NCBI GenBank assembly: GCA_963736805.1
Contig: CAVTQM010000058.1
Location: forward strand, 150,589-214,588
Direction of reading: 5' to 3'
DNA length: 64,000 nt
Source of the DNA: an uncultured Chloroflexia bacterium
GTDB taxonomy: Bacteria > Chloroflexota > Anaerolineae > Anaerolineales > UBA4823
Below the pieces are notes generated by a model. It did no database searches. It worked only from the letters and a program-made list of their open reading frames with translations, and was not told the origin of the DNA. Below, in pieces: positions 52,372 to 64,000 of this stretch. Every line of letters starts with the position of its first letter. Positions within the stretch are counted from its first letter, which is position 1. The position numbers and the translations under genes were made by a program.

Positions 52372-52945
52372 ATGACACAATTCAATCATTTTGATTTTCT
52401 TGCCCCATTTTATGATCGCTATATTAAACCGAGCGATCCTTTAAGGCTGCGCTCATTACTTGAATTACCTGACTCCGGGACCTTACTAGATGCTGGTGGT
52501 GGTACTGGGCGGATAGCGTATCAATTTAAAGATATCAGTAACAGAATTGTTATCGCAGATTCTTCCTTGGGAATGCTTGCTCAAGCAGTTAAAAAAGGCA
52601 ATATTAATTAGTGTATGTTCAAAATCGGAAGAATTACCCTTCGAGAATAAATCTTTTGATAGGATAATAATGGTGGATGCTCTTCATCATGTGAATGATT
52701 TCAAAACCACCGCAGCTGAATTATGGAGGATTGTAAAACCTGGTGGTCGAATCGTTATTGAAGAACCTGATATTCAAACTTTACCTGTAAAAATAATGGC
52801 GATTATTGAGAAACTTGCTCTGATGCGAAGTCATTTTATATCTGCCCAAAAAATAAGGGATTCTTTTAGCTACACAAATGCTGATGTACGCATAGAACGA
52901 GAAAATACAACAGCTTGGGTAGTCATTGATAAACAGAGCAAATAA
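52372..52945 (+). CDS. Class I SAM-dependent methyltransferase, one frame break (52547-52611)
   Basis: Carries the SAM motif I LLDAGGGTGR. The downstream piece has ..FDRIIMVDALHHV.. and ..LKPGGRIVI.., typical of the Methyltransf_11 type. Confidence 0.7.
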
Positions 52946-52947
52946 AA

Positions 52948-54028
52948 CTAACAAATTCTGGGTAACATCTCACCTGACATCATATCAATAATTCGGGTTG
53001 TCCCATAAGTTGTTTTAAGTGTCACCCGGGTTTTTAGATTATCGGTGATACTCCCAATGATTGCGGCATCTTCACCAAACGGATTTTCCTTCATTTTCGC
53101 TAATACTCTCTCTGCATCATGTTTATCAACAACCGCGATCAACTTACCCTCATTAGCCACATATAAAGGATCAAATCCCAACATTTCACATGCTGCCTTC
53201 ACAGCAGGTTTGATAGGAATCATATCTTCATAAATCTCGATGCCTACTTCGGATTGAAGTGCGATTTCATTTAGACTGGTTGCTAAACCTCCTCGAGTAG
53301 GATCCCGTAAAACATGAATATTATTTGTAAGCATCCAACATCTCAGCAATGAGATCATTTAAAGGAGCAACATCGCTTCGTAATTTGGTTTCAAAGTTCA
53401 ACTCTCCTCTCGCAGCAAGAACTGCAATTCCATGATCTCCGATTGTTCCCGAGAGGATAACGACATCTCCAGGCTGTGCTCTGGTCCCACTAATGTTTAC
53501 ACCTGATGGAATAATTCCAAAACCGGTTGTATTAATGTATAAACCATCGGCTTTACCATTTTGGACTACTTTCGTATCTCCGGCAATGATTAGTATGTTC
53601 GCTTCACCAGCAGCTGCTTGCATTGATTCTACAACTGTTCGAAGAACATCTACTTTCAAACCCTCTTCTAGGATAAATCCTACTGTCATCCAAAGTGGCT
53701 TTGCACCCAGCATGCTGACATCATTTACCGTACCACAAACAGCAAGTCTACCAATATCCCCCCCCGGAAAAAAAAGAGGTGTAACAACATGCGAATCTGT
53801 GCTAATGGCAAATCTTGGATTAGGATTGTTCCCAGATCGTGGTAAGGAAATCGATGCTGCATCATCACCGGTAATCAGGATGGGGTTGGTGAATGAAGGT
53901 AAAAAAACTTTCGATATCAGATCAAACGACATTTTGCCACCACTGCCATGACCTAAAACAATTTGTTCGTGATGATTCAAAGGTAGTGGACAGGTTACAC
54001 CTTCAATTTTTATTATGGGATCCTTCAT
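52948..54028 (-). CDS. hypE: Hydrogenase maturation protein HypE, one frame break (53321-53358)
   Basis: AIR-synthase-like fold segments are present, and the C-terminus ends ..GEMLPRIC (the PRIC motif). The start ATG at 54028 overlaps the hypD TGA (ATGA). Confidence 0.85.
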
Positions 54029-55113
54029 AACGACCTTCTGTATCGATAGTAAGCTGCACAAGCACCTTCAGATGAGACCATCGTAGCACCCAATGGATGT
54101 TCAGGTGTACACTGATTGGAAAATGCAGGACATTCAAATGGTTTTATTAGACCTTGCAATATTTTTCCGGAAATGCATAAAGGTGATTCTATCGGTTGGA
54201 TTTCTCGAATCTGAAACCTTTCCTCAGCATCAAATTCTATAAATTCGGATTTTAACTGCCATCCACTATTGATGATTTTTCCAATTCCACGCCATTTTTG
54301 ATCACATTCAATAAATACCCGTTCAATTATTTTCTGGGCTTGCGTATTCCCTTCATAGCTTACAACCCTGGAATATGCGTTTTTAACTCCATATTGCTTA
54401 TGTTCTAGCTCCAGGATGGCTAATTGTATCCCGAGTAAAATATCCACCGGTTCAAAACCAGTCACTACGATAGGTACTTTATACTTATCAGAGATCGGTG
54501 GATATTCCCAGAATCCCATCACCGTGCACACATGGCCGGCAGCTAAAAATCCTTGAATGCGGTTATCAGGCGAGCCTAATATGGCATTTATTGCAGGAGG
54601 TACTCTAACTTGTGATGTTAATATGCTGAAATTAGTCAATCCAAGCTGCTGAGCATGGAGAACACTCATCGCATTAGCTGGTGCAGTTGTTTCAAATCCA
54701 ATTGCGAAGAATACTACCTGTTTATCCGGATTTGCCTGGGCTATTTTTACTGCATCAAGTGATGAATAGACCACGCGTATATCATTCCCCGATGCTTTTA
54801 CAGAAAAGAGGTCACCCTGAGATCCTGGAACTCGCAGCATATCTCCATATGATGTAAAAATCACATCTGGCATTGAAGCAATTGCGAATGCTTTATCTAT
54901 CATTTCCAAAGAAGTTACACATACCGGGCAGCCGGGTCCATGGACAAGTTCAATCTCTTCGGGTAATAACTGATCTAATCCATATTTCATGATGGAATGT
55001 GTCTGACCACCGCATATTTCCATGATTACCCAATGCTGGCGGGTGGAGCGTTTGATTTCCTCTATTATCCCGCGAACTAACTTCGAGTCACGGTATTCAT
55101 CGAGATATTTCAT
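54025..55113 (-). CDS. hypD: Hydrogenase maturation protein HypD
   Basis: Intact 362 aa with the [13 protein letters not shown] and FET motifs. Confidence 0.9.
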   Translation of the reverse strand: MKYLDEYRDSKLVRGIIEEIKRSTRQHWVIMEICGGQTHSIMKYGLDQLLPEEIELVHGPGCPVCVTSLEMIDKAFAIASMPDVIFTSYGDMLRVPGSQGDLFSVKASGNDIRVVYSSLDAVKIAQANPDKQVVFFAIGFETTAPANAMSVLHAQQLGLTNFSILTSQVRVPPAINAILGSPDNRIQGFLAAGHVCTVMGFWEYPPISDKYKVPIVVTGFEPVDILLGIQLAILELEHKQYGVKNAYSRVVSYEGNTQAQKIIERVFIECDQKWRGIGKIINSGWQLKSEFIEFDAEERFQIREIQPIESPLCISGKILQGLIKPFECPAFSNQCTPEHPLGATMVSSEGACAAYYRYRRSL

Positions 55114-55349
55114 TCCACCATATCCTGATTCGAAATCTCTTCAAGGAGAGCTAAAGTTTCCAATGCTTCTTTTTCGTCAATCAGGTTTAATGCGAATCCA
55201 ACATGGATAATTGTATAGTCACCAACCTTTGCTTCTGGAACATAGGTAAGACAAGCTTCACGAACTACACCACCGAAATCTATCTTACCCATTAACAGAC
55301 CATTGATTTCATAGATATCCGATATTATTCCTGGAACGGCTAAACACAT
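55110..55349 (-). CDS. hypC: Hydrogenase maturation chaperone HypC
   Basis: 79 aa with the MCLAVPG N-terminus (essential Cys2). There is a 4-nt overlap with hypD. Confidence 0.85.
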   Translation of the reverse strand: MCLAVPGIISDIYEINGLLMGKIDFGGVVREACLTYVPEAKVGDYTIIHVGFALNLIDEKEALETLALLEEISNQDMVE

Positions 55350-55372
55350 AAATCCTCCAAATTAGTATTCCT

Positions 55373-57713
55373 TCATTTTAACATTTTTTGAACTGCGATT
55401 ACTGCCTGACCAAGAGCTACTCCACCATCATTTGTCGGGACTAGATGATGATAATGTATCTGAAACTTCTCTGATTCGAGTAAATCACAAGTTCGATGTA
55501 GCAAGGTCATATTTTGCCAGACTCCACCACTTAGTACAACCTTGTTAATTCCAAAGTCGCTCCGAAGAGTCTTACATACTTCGCTGACCATTCGGGATAT
55601 TGAGTTGTGGAAGCGAGCGGAAATAATTGAAATTGATGTGCCGTTCTGGACTTCCGACAATACTTCTCCAATTAATTCTGCTGGATTAATTTGGTATATT
55701 GGGTAGGGAGAATTTTCTAGGGGTTCCAAGCGCCAGGAATACTCCCCTTCTTCGTTTTTATCGACCAACGCTTCAAACTCAATCGCAGCTTGAGCTTCAT
55801 AATTTATTTTTTGACGGACACCCACAATTGAAGCTACTGCATCAAAGAAACGACCCATACTGGAAGTAAACGGAGTATTTATTTTCAACTCAAGTTGCGA
55901 TTTAAGTATAGATCTTTCTTCAGCACACAGCTCTGATGAATGGATGATGTTCTAGATCCCATTCGTGATTGTATGTCCATAAATATGCTAATGCAATTCT
56001 GGCAGGTTTCCGGATTGATGCATCACCACCGGGAAGGGGAACATATTTTAAGTGGCACACTCGTTTGAAACCTTGGAAATCAGACAACAAGAACTCCCCA
56101 CCCCAAATTGCTCCATCATCACCGAAACCTGTCCCATCGAATGCCACACCTATCACTGGCTCATCGGAGAATAAACCATTTTCTGCCATGCAGGCAGCGA
56201 TATGCGCATGGTGATGCTGAATCCCGTAGGTTGGTAAATTCTCACGTACACCTCGGTCAACTGCATATCGAGAAGACAGATAATTGGGATGCAGGTCATG
56301 TGCTATAGCGACAGGATTAATTCGGAATAATGATTCATAGTGAGTAACGCTGTCTACGAATGAATCATAGGTTTCTACATTTTCCATATCACCGATGTGG
56401 TGACTTAAAAATGCATAGCGATCACGTACAACACAAAAAGTGTTCTTTAACTCTGCTCCTACGGCTAAAGTTGGCAACGATTTGAAATTTAGATATACGG
56501 GAAAAGGAGCGTAACCACGTGACCTTCGTAGAGGAAAACTTGCGCCGCGAAAGATCCGGATGACTAAATCATCACAGCGAGTACGGATCGAACGATTATG
56601 GATTAAATACGCATCCGCCAGACCAGATAACCGTTCAAACGCTTCATCGTTATTAACCGCAATCGGTTCCTCACTTAAATTTCCACTTGTCATAACCAAT
56701 GGTGGCATGCATAAGTTTCGCTTTTGAAATTTGCTATTCTGTGAGAACAGAAGATAATGTAAAGGAGAATATGGGAGCATTATCCCCAAAGTATTTTGAT
56801 TTGGAGAAACTTCCTTTGCTATTGAAGAATTAACCCTTCGAGCAAGGACTACAATGGGACGTTGGGGAGATGAAAGTAACTCCCGTTCAGCACTGTCGAC
56901 CAAGCAATGGGCTTCAATAGATGCGATATCTGCCAACATAAGGGCAAATGGTTTATCGATACGGAGTTTTCGATTACGTAATTCTACAACTGCTTTGGGA
57001 TTAGTTGCATCACAAGCCAGATGAAATCCTCCCAATCCCTTAATCGCGATAATCTTGCCATTGATCAACAACTTCTGGGCTGTAATTATTGCCTCATCAC
57101 CTTCAGCAGCAAATTGATTTTTAGCATCTCTTTTTTTGGCAGGTAATTCCAACCATACTTTGGGACCACATACTGGACATGCAATCGGCTGAGCGTGAAA
57201 GCGTCGATCAGTTGGGTCGAGGTATTCATGCTCACAATCCGGGCACATTTTGAAATCCTTCATAGTTGTATATGGACGATCATAAGGAATTTCTTCAATA
57301 ATCGTCAGGCGAGGTCCACAATTTGTACAATTAATAAAAGGATAACGGAATCGTCGGTTTGTTTGATCAAATAACTCGTTCAAACAATCTTGACATATGC
57401 AAATATCAGGAGAAATTGGTTGAAATGAGTCGGATACTTGTTTTGAATGGATTATTTCAAATGAATTAATTTGGACGTATGGTATTTGTTTGTGCTCGAA
57501 TGTGTCGATACGGGCAAGAGGTGGGAAATTTGTATTTATGTGTTGGATAAAAATGGATACAGCGTTTCGATCTCCATATACTTCAATATCCACACCAGCA
57601 GATGTATTACATACCCAACCCGTTAATCCATGCTGGATAGCTTGATTATAAACAAAAGGTCGAAATCCCACTCCCTGAACAATACCAGTAATGTGTATTT
57701 TTGTGCCAATCAT
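55373..57713 (-). CDS. hypF: Carbamoyltransferase HypF, one frame break (about 55888-55935)
   Basis: It has an acylphosphatase-like N-terminus (ITGIVQGVGFRPFVY), four CxxC zinc-finger pairs, and YrdC-like and Kae1-like domains. The C-terminal piece begins ..INTPFTSSMGRFFDAVA. Confidence 0.9.
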
Positions 57714-57734
57714 GTAGATTATTATTGATACGAA

Positions 57735-58394
57735 TTAATTCTTATTTCCAACAACATCAGCGATCCAATTAATCCAATTCTCAAGACCTTCTCCCGTTTT
57801 ACATGAAAGCTGAAAAGTTATTAGTCCCGGATTTAGTATTTCCACACCTTTTCGAAAATAGTCCATGTTAAATGGTACGTAAGGTAGTAAGTCAATTTTA
57901 TTAATCACCAAAGCATCCACGCCTCGATACATTCCAGGATATTTATACGGTTTATCATCTCCCTCAGGGATGGATGCGATTAATACACTTTTATGTGAGC
58001 CTAATTGGAAACTTGCTGGACATACAAGATTTCCAACATTTTCGATAATAATTGCATCGAATAGTTGTAAATCCATCTGCTTCAAAGCAGAATTAATCAT
58101 GACCGCATCCAGATGACATTGACCACCGGTATTGATTTGAATTGCATATGCGCCGGCAGCTTGAGCACGATCTGAATCAATACTTGTATCAATATCACCA
58201 TCAATAACTGCAAGTTTCATGGTATTTAGCAAGCGTTTTATGGTCTGCTCAATAAGAGAAGTTTTCCCAGCGCCTGGAGACGCCATGATATTAAAAGCTT
58301 TAATACCTACTGCGTCGAACATACTCTGGTTTTCCGAAGCGATACGGTCATTTGCACTTAATAATTTTTCAATCACGAGTAGTTTATTAGTCAT
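57735..58394 (-). CDS. hypB: Hydrogenase nickel incorporation GTPase HypB
   Basis: 219 aa with the P-loop SPGAGKTSL and the ENVGNLVCP metal/switch motif. There is no His-rich N-terminus. Confidence 0.85.
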   Translation of the reverse strand: MTNKLLVIEKLLSANDRIASENQSMFDAVGIKAFNIMASPGAGKTSLIEQTIKRLLNTMKLAVIDGDIDTSIDSDRAQAAGAYAIQINTGGQCHLDAVMINSALKQMDLQLFDAIIIENVGNLVCPASFQLGSHKSVLIASIPEGDDKPYKYPGMYRGVDALVINKIDLLPYVPFNMDYFRKGVEILNPGLITFQLSCKTGEGLENWINWIADVVGNKN

Positions 58395-58412
58395 TGTGTT
58401 TACAAGATAATT

Positions 58413-58758
58413 TCAGGTCTCGATATCTATTGCTTCCATGTAAAATTCTTCACCTGTAATAATTTTTATATGATGACTTTTACAATCAGGACAATCAAAA
58501 CTATCATTACCAGGTGAAAACTCCTTATAACATTCCAAGCAAGCAAGAGTTGTTGGTATCCTGCGAAAATGAAGTATTGCTCTGTCTGCAAGCGTTCCTT
58601 TGGAAATGATATCCCAATAGAATTGGACAGAATCATCTATGATACTGGCTAACTGTCCAATCACCAAGTAGATGTTGGTGACATGTTTTGCATTGGCTAT
58701 TATTCGCATGGCGCAGTGATATTTCTAAGATACTCTCGGTCACCGATAATTCATGCAT
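58413..58758 (-). CDS. hypA: Hydrogenase nickel insertion protein HypA, one frame break near 58700-58712
   Basis: The canonical start MHELSVTESILEISLRHA (ATG at 58758) is in one frame. The remainder (..HVTNIYLVIGQLASIIDDSVQFYWD.., zinc site CLEC...CPDC) is in the frame of ORF 58413-58709. Confidence 0.8.
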
Positions 58759-58890
58759 TACAATTCAGATTATCACAGGCAAATCAGCCACTGTAGTGTA
58801 GTTCGTCATCTACTAATCATATCATTATTCTCGAATTTAGCTTTATTTCAATCATCAAGTCAGAAACAGAATCACCCAAGTTGATTTAAT

Positions 58891-60046
58891 TTATACAGAT
58901 CGAAGAATGTGAGTGATTATCGTAGCACCACTACCTCCAATATTTTGTGTCATGCCAATCTCTGCGTCGGTAACCTGTGTAGATTCTGCTTCTCCACGTA
59001 ATTGTTGAACTGCTTCTACAATTTGATAGACGCCTGTAGCACCAACTGGATGTCCACACGCTTTTAAACCACCACGTGTGCTGATTGGAATTCGTCCATT
59101 TATGGTTATTTGACCATCTAATCCCAATTTTGGAGCTTGTCCACGTTTAGAAAAACCACATGCTTCAAGAGATAACACTGACATAATTGAAAATGCATCA
59201 TGCAGCTCAAAAAAATCTATATCTTGAGGTTTTATACCAGCTTGTTGATATGCTTTAGCTGCAGATATTTCTGCTGCTGATAACCAAAGAGGATCTTTAC
59301 GGTTATGGATGGCGATTGAATCGGTAGCTGAAGCTGATCCCACAACTTTTATAATCCTTTTATTATCAGGAAGTAATGTATCAGCTGGTACTAAGAATAC
59401 AGCAGCTGCACCATCTCCAGTAGGGGATGCATCAAGCAAATTTATCGGATCTGCAATCATTCTGGCGGAAATATAATCCTTTTCAGAAATTTTATCGTGG
59501 AGACGTGCGTATGGATTGTGCATAGCATTGGCATGGGCATTGATTGAAAAAGGCGCAAAATCTGTATGTTTCCAGCCGTAGGTATGCAAATATAACCGCA
59601 TTACCAGTGCGTTAATAGCCACAAAAGAAAGTCCTTGTGCTGATTCATAATCTGCATCAGCAGCTGTAGCTAAAGCCTCTGTTGTTTCTATTGGAAGACT
59701 TTCAGTCATCTTTTCTACGCCAACAACTAAGGCACTATCGACGTCCTCAGAACTTACCGCCAGTAAACCAGCACGAAATGCGGCTGCTCCAGAACTACAT
59801 GCTGCCTCAACCTTATGAGCTTCAATTCCTGGTAGCCCAATCCAATCGGATATAAGGGCTCCAAGAATTCTCTTGTTTACTTAGAATACCAGAGAGCATA
59901 TTACCAATAAATAAGGCATCAGCGGTTTCGTGTTGAGCATCGTTTAAGGCATTAAATATCGCTGTTCCAGCCAATTCTTTTAGGGACTTATCCCAATGTT
60001 CATCAATTGGAGTTTGACCAATGCCAATAATTGCTACATCTCGCAT
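58891..60046 (-). CDS. Canonical thiolase (archaeal/SCP-x-type acetyl-CoA C-acyltransferase), one frame break near 59830-59880
   Basis: The N-terminus is MRDVAIIGIGQTP. The middle, read by hand, has ..IEAHKVEAACSSGAAAFRAG.. (nucleophile Cys present). The C-terminus has ACGHPVGATG and QLRGEA. Confidence 0.75.
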
Positions 60047-60232
60047 GAGTATATCCTTTGATATGGAATAACAACCAAATTATGCCAGAGTATATCCATC
60101 ATTACCTATCACATTTGGGAGAACAGCTTGATTCCAAATATACACTTACATATAAATGCGTATAGTCATTATTCCTATAGTAAATTTAAAGCATATTATA
60201 AAATCAAATTTGGTAAAATACCCTATAACTAT

Positions 60233-61598
60233 ATGAAAATAAATAAACCAGAATTAATCATTGTTGGGGGTGGACTAGCTGGATCAGAAGCAGCATGGCA
60301 AGTCGCAATGGGCGGGATGAGAGTTCGCTTGTATGAGATGCGCCCTTTTTTGTCGACTGGCGCACATCAGAGCGCTTACCTCTCTGAGTTGGTTTGCTCA
60401 AATTCATTAGGATCCAATTTCTTAGAAAGTGCTTCCGGGATATTAAAGCATGAGCTAAGAATGCTTGGCTCATTGTTAATAAAATGTGCAGATGAGTCAG
60501 CCGTTCCTGCTGGTGGGGCATTAGCTGTAGATCGTGAAATGTTTTCGAAAAAAGTAAGTGAGCTGATCGAAAACCATCCAAATATCGAAGTTATACGTCA
60601 AGAGGTTATTACTGTTCCCAAGGAACCGTGCATCATAGCATCAGGACCTCTAACATCAGCCAGATTATCAATGGCAATTCAGAAGTTAACTGGTATAGAT
60701 CAGATCTATTTTTATGATGCCATCGCTCCAATTGTTTACCAAGAATCTATTAACAAGGATATTGTTTTTTCCGGATCTAGATATCGTATGCAAGGTCATA
60801 CCTCGAATGGTGATTATTTAAATTGTCCCATGAATAAGGATGAGTATTATTCTTTCGTTGATGAACTAGTCAGAGCAGAAATTATTAATCTATCGATATT
60901 TGAGAAGAATATTACTCAAGGTGTACGGGCAGGAATTCGCCAAGTATTTTGAAGGATGTCTTCCCATCGAGGTTATAGCTTTAAGGGGCAAGGAATCTTT
61001 AGCATTTGGTCCATTACGACCGATAGGTTTGACTGATACAAGAAACGGTAGAAAATCATATGCGATAGTTCAATTACGTCAAGATAATCTGGCAAAAACA
61101 CTCTATAATATGGTTGGTTTTCAAACTAACTTAAAATATTCAGAACAAAAAAGAGTTTTTAGAATGATTCCAGGTTTAGAGCAGATTGAATTTGCTCGGT
61201 TTGGTCAGATGCACCGAAACACTTTTATTTTTTCTCCTTCATTACTTTCTCCGACGTTACAATTTCAATTCAGGGAAGATTTATTCTTTGCAGGTCAAAT
61301 AACCGGTGTTGAAGGATACGCTAGCAATATTGCCACAGGCCTTTTAGCCGGAATAAATGCTGTAAACTATCTTAAGGGTAAACCTCTCATTGAATTTCCA
61401 CAGAATACGATGATTGGAGCTCTTTGTCACTATATTACCCATGCGGATGTTAAAGATTTTCAACCTATGAAAGCGAATTTAGGAGTTTTACCCAACCTGA
61501 GTATTGAAATCAAAGGGAAACGCATGCGCGCAATCGCCTATGCAGAGCGTTCAGAATCTACTATGAAAGCAAGTATTGCAGAATTGATTAAAGAATGA
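60233..61598 (+). CDS. trmFO: Methylenetetrahydrofolate--tRNA-(uracil-5)-methyltransferase TrmFO, one frame break (60900-60952)
   Basis: The likely start is [23 protein letters not shown] (FAD GxGxxG). The second ORF continues the family-typical sequence (..[12 protein letters not shown]..). Confidence 0.85.
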
Positions 61599-61617
61599 TT
61601 GCGCATAGGCATTGTAT

Positions 61618-62489
61618 ATGATATTGAAATTATTTAAAACAGCAATAATAATTAGTATCTGCCTTTGCATATATATTTATAATCTTTTTTATATCGGGTA
61701 AAGCGAATAAATTTGATGGAAATCGTGCCTTAGACTATGCAAAGTATCAAATTGGGTTAGGACCCACGTATTCCTGGAAGCGTTGCACACGAGCAAGCTG
61801 CTGCTTGGATAATTTCGAGTTTGGAAGTGAATAAATGGGATGTTGAAGTACAGGATGCAGTAGTTTCTGGAGTGCCTCTTAAAAATATTATTGCAAAGAT
61901 GGGAACGGGAAAACCCTGGATCGTGTTAGCCAGTCATTACGATTCGAGAATATATGCTGATCAGGAAAAAACCATTTCTGGTCGAAAATTACCTGTAGAT
62001 GGTGCCAACGATGGCGCTTCAAGTGTGGCAATTCTATTAGAATTAGCTCGGGTCTTGCCATTTTCTAAGGATCGTCAGATTTGGTTAGTTTTCTTTGATG
62101 GAGAGGATAATGGAAATATTCCAGGGTACGATTGGATTATGGGCTCACGGTACTTTGTTTCAAAATTGGAAGGCAAACCTGATAAAGTTGTAATTCTAGA
62201 TATGGTAGGAGATAGAGATTTAAATATATTTATGGAACGCAGCTCCGATCCTGAAATAAATAATGAAATCTGGGGAGTTGCAAATAAACTGGGATATTCT
62301 CAATTCATTCCTTCGTATAAATACAATATACTCGATGACCATATTCCGTTTATTAATTCTGGTATCAAGGCAGTCGATATCATCGATTTCGATTACCCAT
62401 ATTGGCATACAAAGAATGACACTATTGACAAAATCTCTGCTGACAGTCTTAAAGCTGTCGGAGATACAATTATTCATTGGATTGGATGA
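61618..62489 (+). CDS. M28-family peptidase / glutaminyl cyclase-like protein, at least two frame breaks in the N-terminal 200 nt
   Basis: The core is GANDGASSVAILLELAR, FFDGEDNG and a DDH metal-ligand pattern. The N-terminal TM (MILKLFKTAIIISICL..) and ..FDGNRALDYAKYQIGLGP(R)IPGS.. pieces were read in other frames. Confidence 0.6.
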
Positions 62490-62606
62490 AATAAAATAAA
62501 GTTTTGGAATATCATGCCAACTATTAATTAAATGGATGATCGTGTGTGAATGATCGAAGAAATAATCACGCAACAAACTACTTAGAGGATTCAATTAATC
62601 AAAGAA

Positions 62607-63932
62607 ATGGCAAAAAAAATAGCAGAAACAACACTTAGGCCAAAAGAAAAAGCCTTTCTTGTTGGAGTTGAGATTTATGGCTCTGACAATTTGCTTAATC
62701 TAAATGATTCTCTCACCGAACTTGCTCTGTTGGGCGAAACAGCAGGATTGGATATTATTGGACAAACGACCCAACATTTGGAAAGACCAAATGTAAAAAC
62801 ATATATTGGACCTGGGAAAGTAGATGAAATCCGGATCCTTGTTGATGAACTGAAAGCAAATGTCGTTTTATTTGATGATGAACTATCTCCCCGTCACCTG
62901 AGGGAACTTGAGATAGCTTTCGGGAATAATATCCGAATTCTTGACCGAACTGCTTTAATATTAGATATTTTTGCCCAGCATGCAAATACAAATGAAGGTT
63001 CTTTACAAGTGGAATTAGCTCAATACGAATATCGGTTACCCAGGCTGACTCGCGCTTGGACTCACCTGGCTCGACAGGCTGGTGGTGGAGGAGGTCGTGC
63101 AGGGAAAATTGGAGGTGTCGGTTTGAGGGGACCGGGTGAAACTCAGCTTGAAGTTGATCGTCGAGAAATCCGAACGCGTATAAAACACTTGAAAGAACAA
63201 CTGGAGAAAGTACGGATACATAGGCAACAATATCGAAATAGGAGAAAGAAGGCATTAATTCCGGTAGTTGCATTAGTTGGATATACAAATGCAGGAAAAT
63301 CTACATTATTAAATTACCTAACAAAATCCAAAGTGTATGTTGCTGATCAGTTGTTTGCTACTTTGGACCCAACTACCCGTAGGGTTAATTTAACTGATAG
63401 CCATGTTGCGCTTCTTACGGACACCGTTGGCTTTATTCAAAAACTTCCCACAGAATTAGTGGCAGCCTTCAGAGCAACTTTAGAAGAAATAAATGAAGCA
63501 GATCTACTGATTCATGTGATCGACATTACACATCCACAGGCATTTGAACAGGCAAGAGCTGTTTACCAGACACTTACTGAGATTGATGCAGACCATATTC
63601 CGATTTTGACAGCATTGAATAAAATCGATCTCTTACCAGATTCTGATCATGCCAGAGAAGCATTAACTGATTATCAAAGTGCGGTAGCAGTATCAGCAGT
63701 TACCGGCGAAGGGATATCAAATCTTATTGAGAAGGTAAATACCTTTTTGTATGAGGATTTTGTATCGATAGATATTATGCTACCTTATCAAGAAGGCGGT
63801 TTAATTAAGATATTTCATGAACAAGGGCAGGTCGATCGTTTGGAGCATAAACCTGGTGGCGTTGAAATCCATGGCAAGATTCCTGGTAGATTACTATCCA
63901 ATTATCATAAGTATCAAAAAGATATTCAATAA
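62607..63932 (+). CDS. hflX: GTPase HflX
   Basis: Intact 441 aa with the HflX N-terminal domain, the Gly-rich linker (GGGGGRAGKIGGVGLRGPGETQLE) and the G domain (GYTNAGKST, DTVGF, NKID). Confidence 0.9.
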   Translation: MAKKIAETTLRPKEKAFLVGVEIYGSDNLLNLNDSLTELALLGETAGLDIIGQTTQHLERPNVKTYIGPGKVDEIRILVDELKANVVLFDDELSPRHLRELEIAFGNNIRILDRTALILDIFAQHANTNEGSLQVELAQYEYRLPRLTRAWTHLARQAGGGGGRAGKIGGVGLRGPGETQLEVDRREIRTRIKHLKEQLEKVRIHRQQYRNRRKKALIPVVALVGYTNAGKSTLLNYLTKSKVYVADQLFATLDPTTRRVNLTDSHVALLTDTVGFIQKLPTELVAAFRATLEEINEADLLIHVIDITHPQAFEQARAVYQTLTEIDADHIPILTALNKIDLLPDSDHAREALTDYQSAVAVSAVTGEGISNLIEKVNTFLYEDFVSIDIMLPYQEGGLIKIFHEQGQVDRLEHKPGGVEIHGKIPGRLLSNYHKYQKDIQ

Positions 63933-64000
63933 ATCATCATTAATGAATGCTGATACTCCGGTAATTAGATACCGATCAATGCCATAAGGATTAATTAAGT

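Noticed and set aside
587-63288. Numerous 60-130-aa ORFs in the track lying antisense to, or nested within, the genes called above (e.g. 587-772, 9940-10167, 25015-25410, 43619-43852, 62755-63288)
   Set aside because: Each overlaps a longer ORF with clear family signatures. They have low-complexity or unrecognisable sequence and no RBS context, so I treat them as non-coding shadows.

Overview
This is an AT-rich (by eye roughly 40% GC, not computed), densely coding bacterial chromosomal segment with about 60 protein genes and one tRNA. I found no transposase, integrase, phage, CRISPR or recognisable defence genes. Most of it is housekeeping: mrdA-rodA, gltX / tRNA-Gln / glnS, glmS, a three-gene complex-I Q-module set (nuoB, fused nuoCD, nuoI), mrp, a PSP1/RicT-like gene, a two-subunit 2-oxoacid:ferredoxin oxidoreductase, rpmF-fabD-fabG-asp23-nusB-tatA-tatC, prfB with its classical programmed +1 frameshift, ftsY, mtnA, moaC, fused moaD-moaE, rnc-smc, rel, a complete hypABFCDE set, trmFO and hflX. 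Five regions are less ordinary. (i) A minus-strand operon (7.0-15.6 kb) carries four divergent non-pyrrolysine MttB-family methyltransferases, one corrinoid protein, an embedded M20D amidohydrolase and a GntR regulator. (ii) An operon (26.9-30.2 kb) carries two thiolase-fold proteins that lack the catalytic Cys and His, plus two DUF35 zinc-ribbon/OB-fold proteins. (iii) An Mrp/NBP35-type ATPase lacks its CxxC motif and is translationally coupled to a small CxxC-x10-CxxC protein just downstream of the orphan nuoB-CD-I set; a perfect 26-bp palindrome sits at the nuoB promoter. (iv) A small Cys-motif protein has a poly-acidic tail. (v) A 15-bp tandem repeat lies at the rpmF promoter and next to the 3' end of a membrane-protein gene. 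None of these is demonstrably a new system from sequence alone; (i)-(iii) are the best candidates. One technical point dominates. At least 22 genes, several of them essential and single-copy, are split by single frame changes, and the junctions I resolved by hand fall in mononucleotide runs. I read most breaks as sequencing or assembly indels, not biology. Only the copA remnant looks like a real pseudogene. The gene content would fit an anaerobic Chloroflexota (Anaerolineae-like) genome, but that is a guess I cannot test here.
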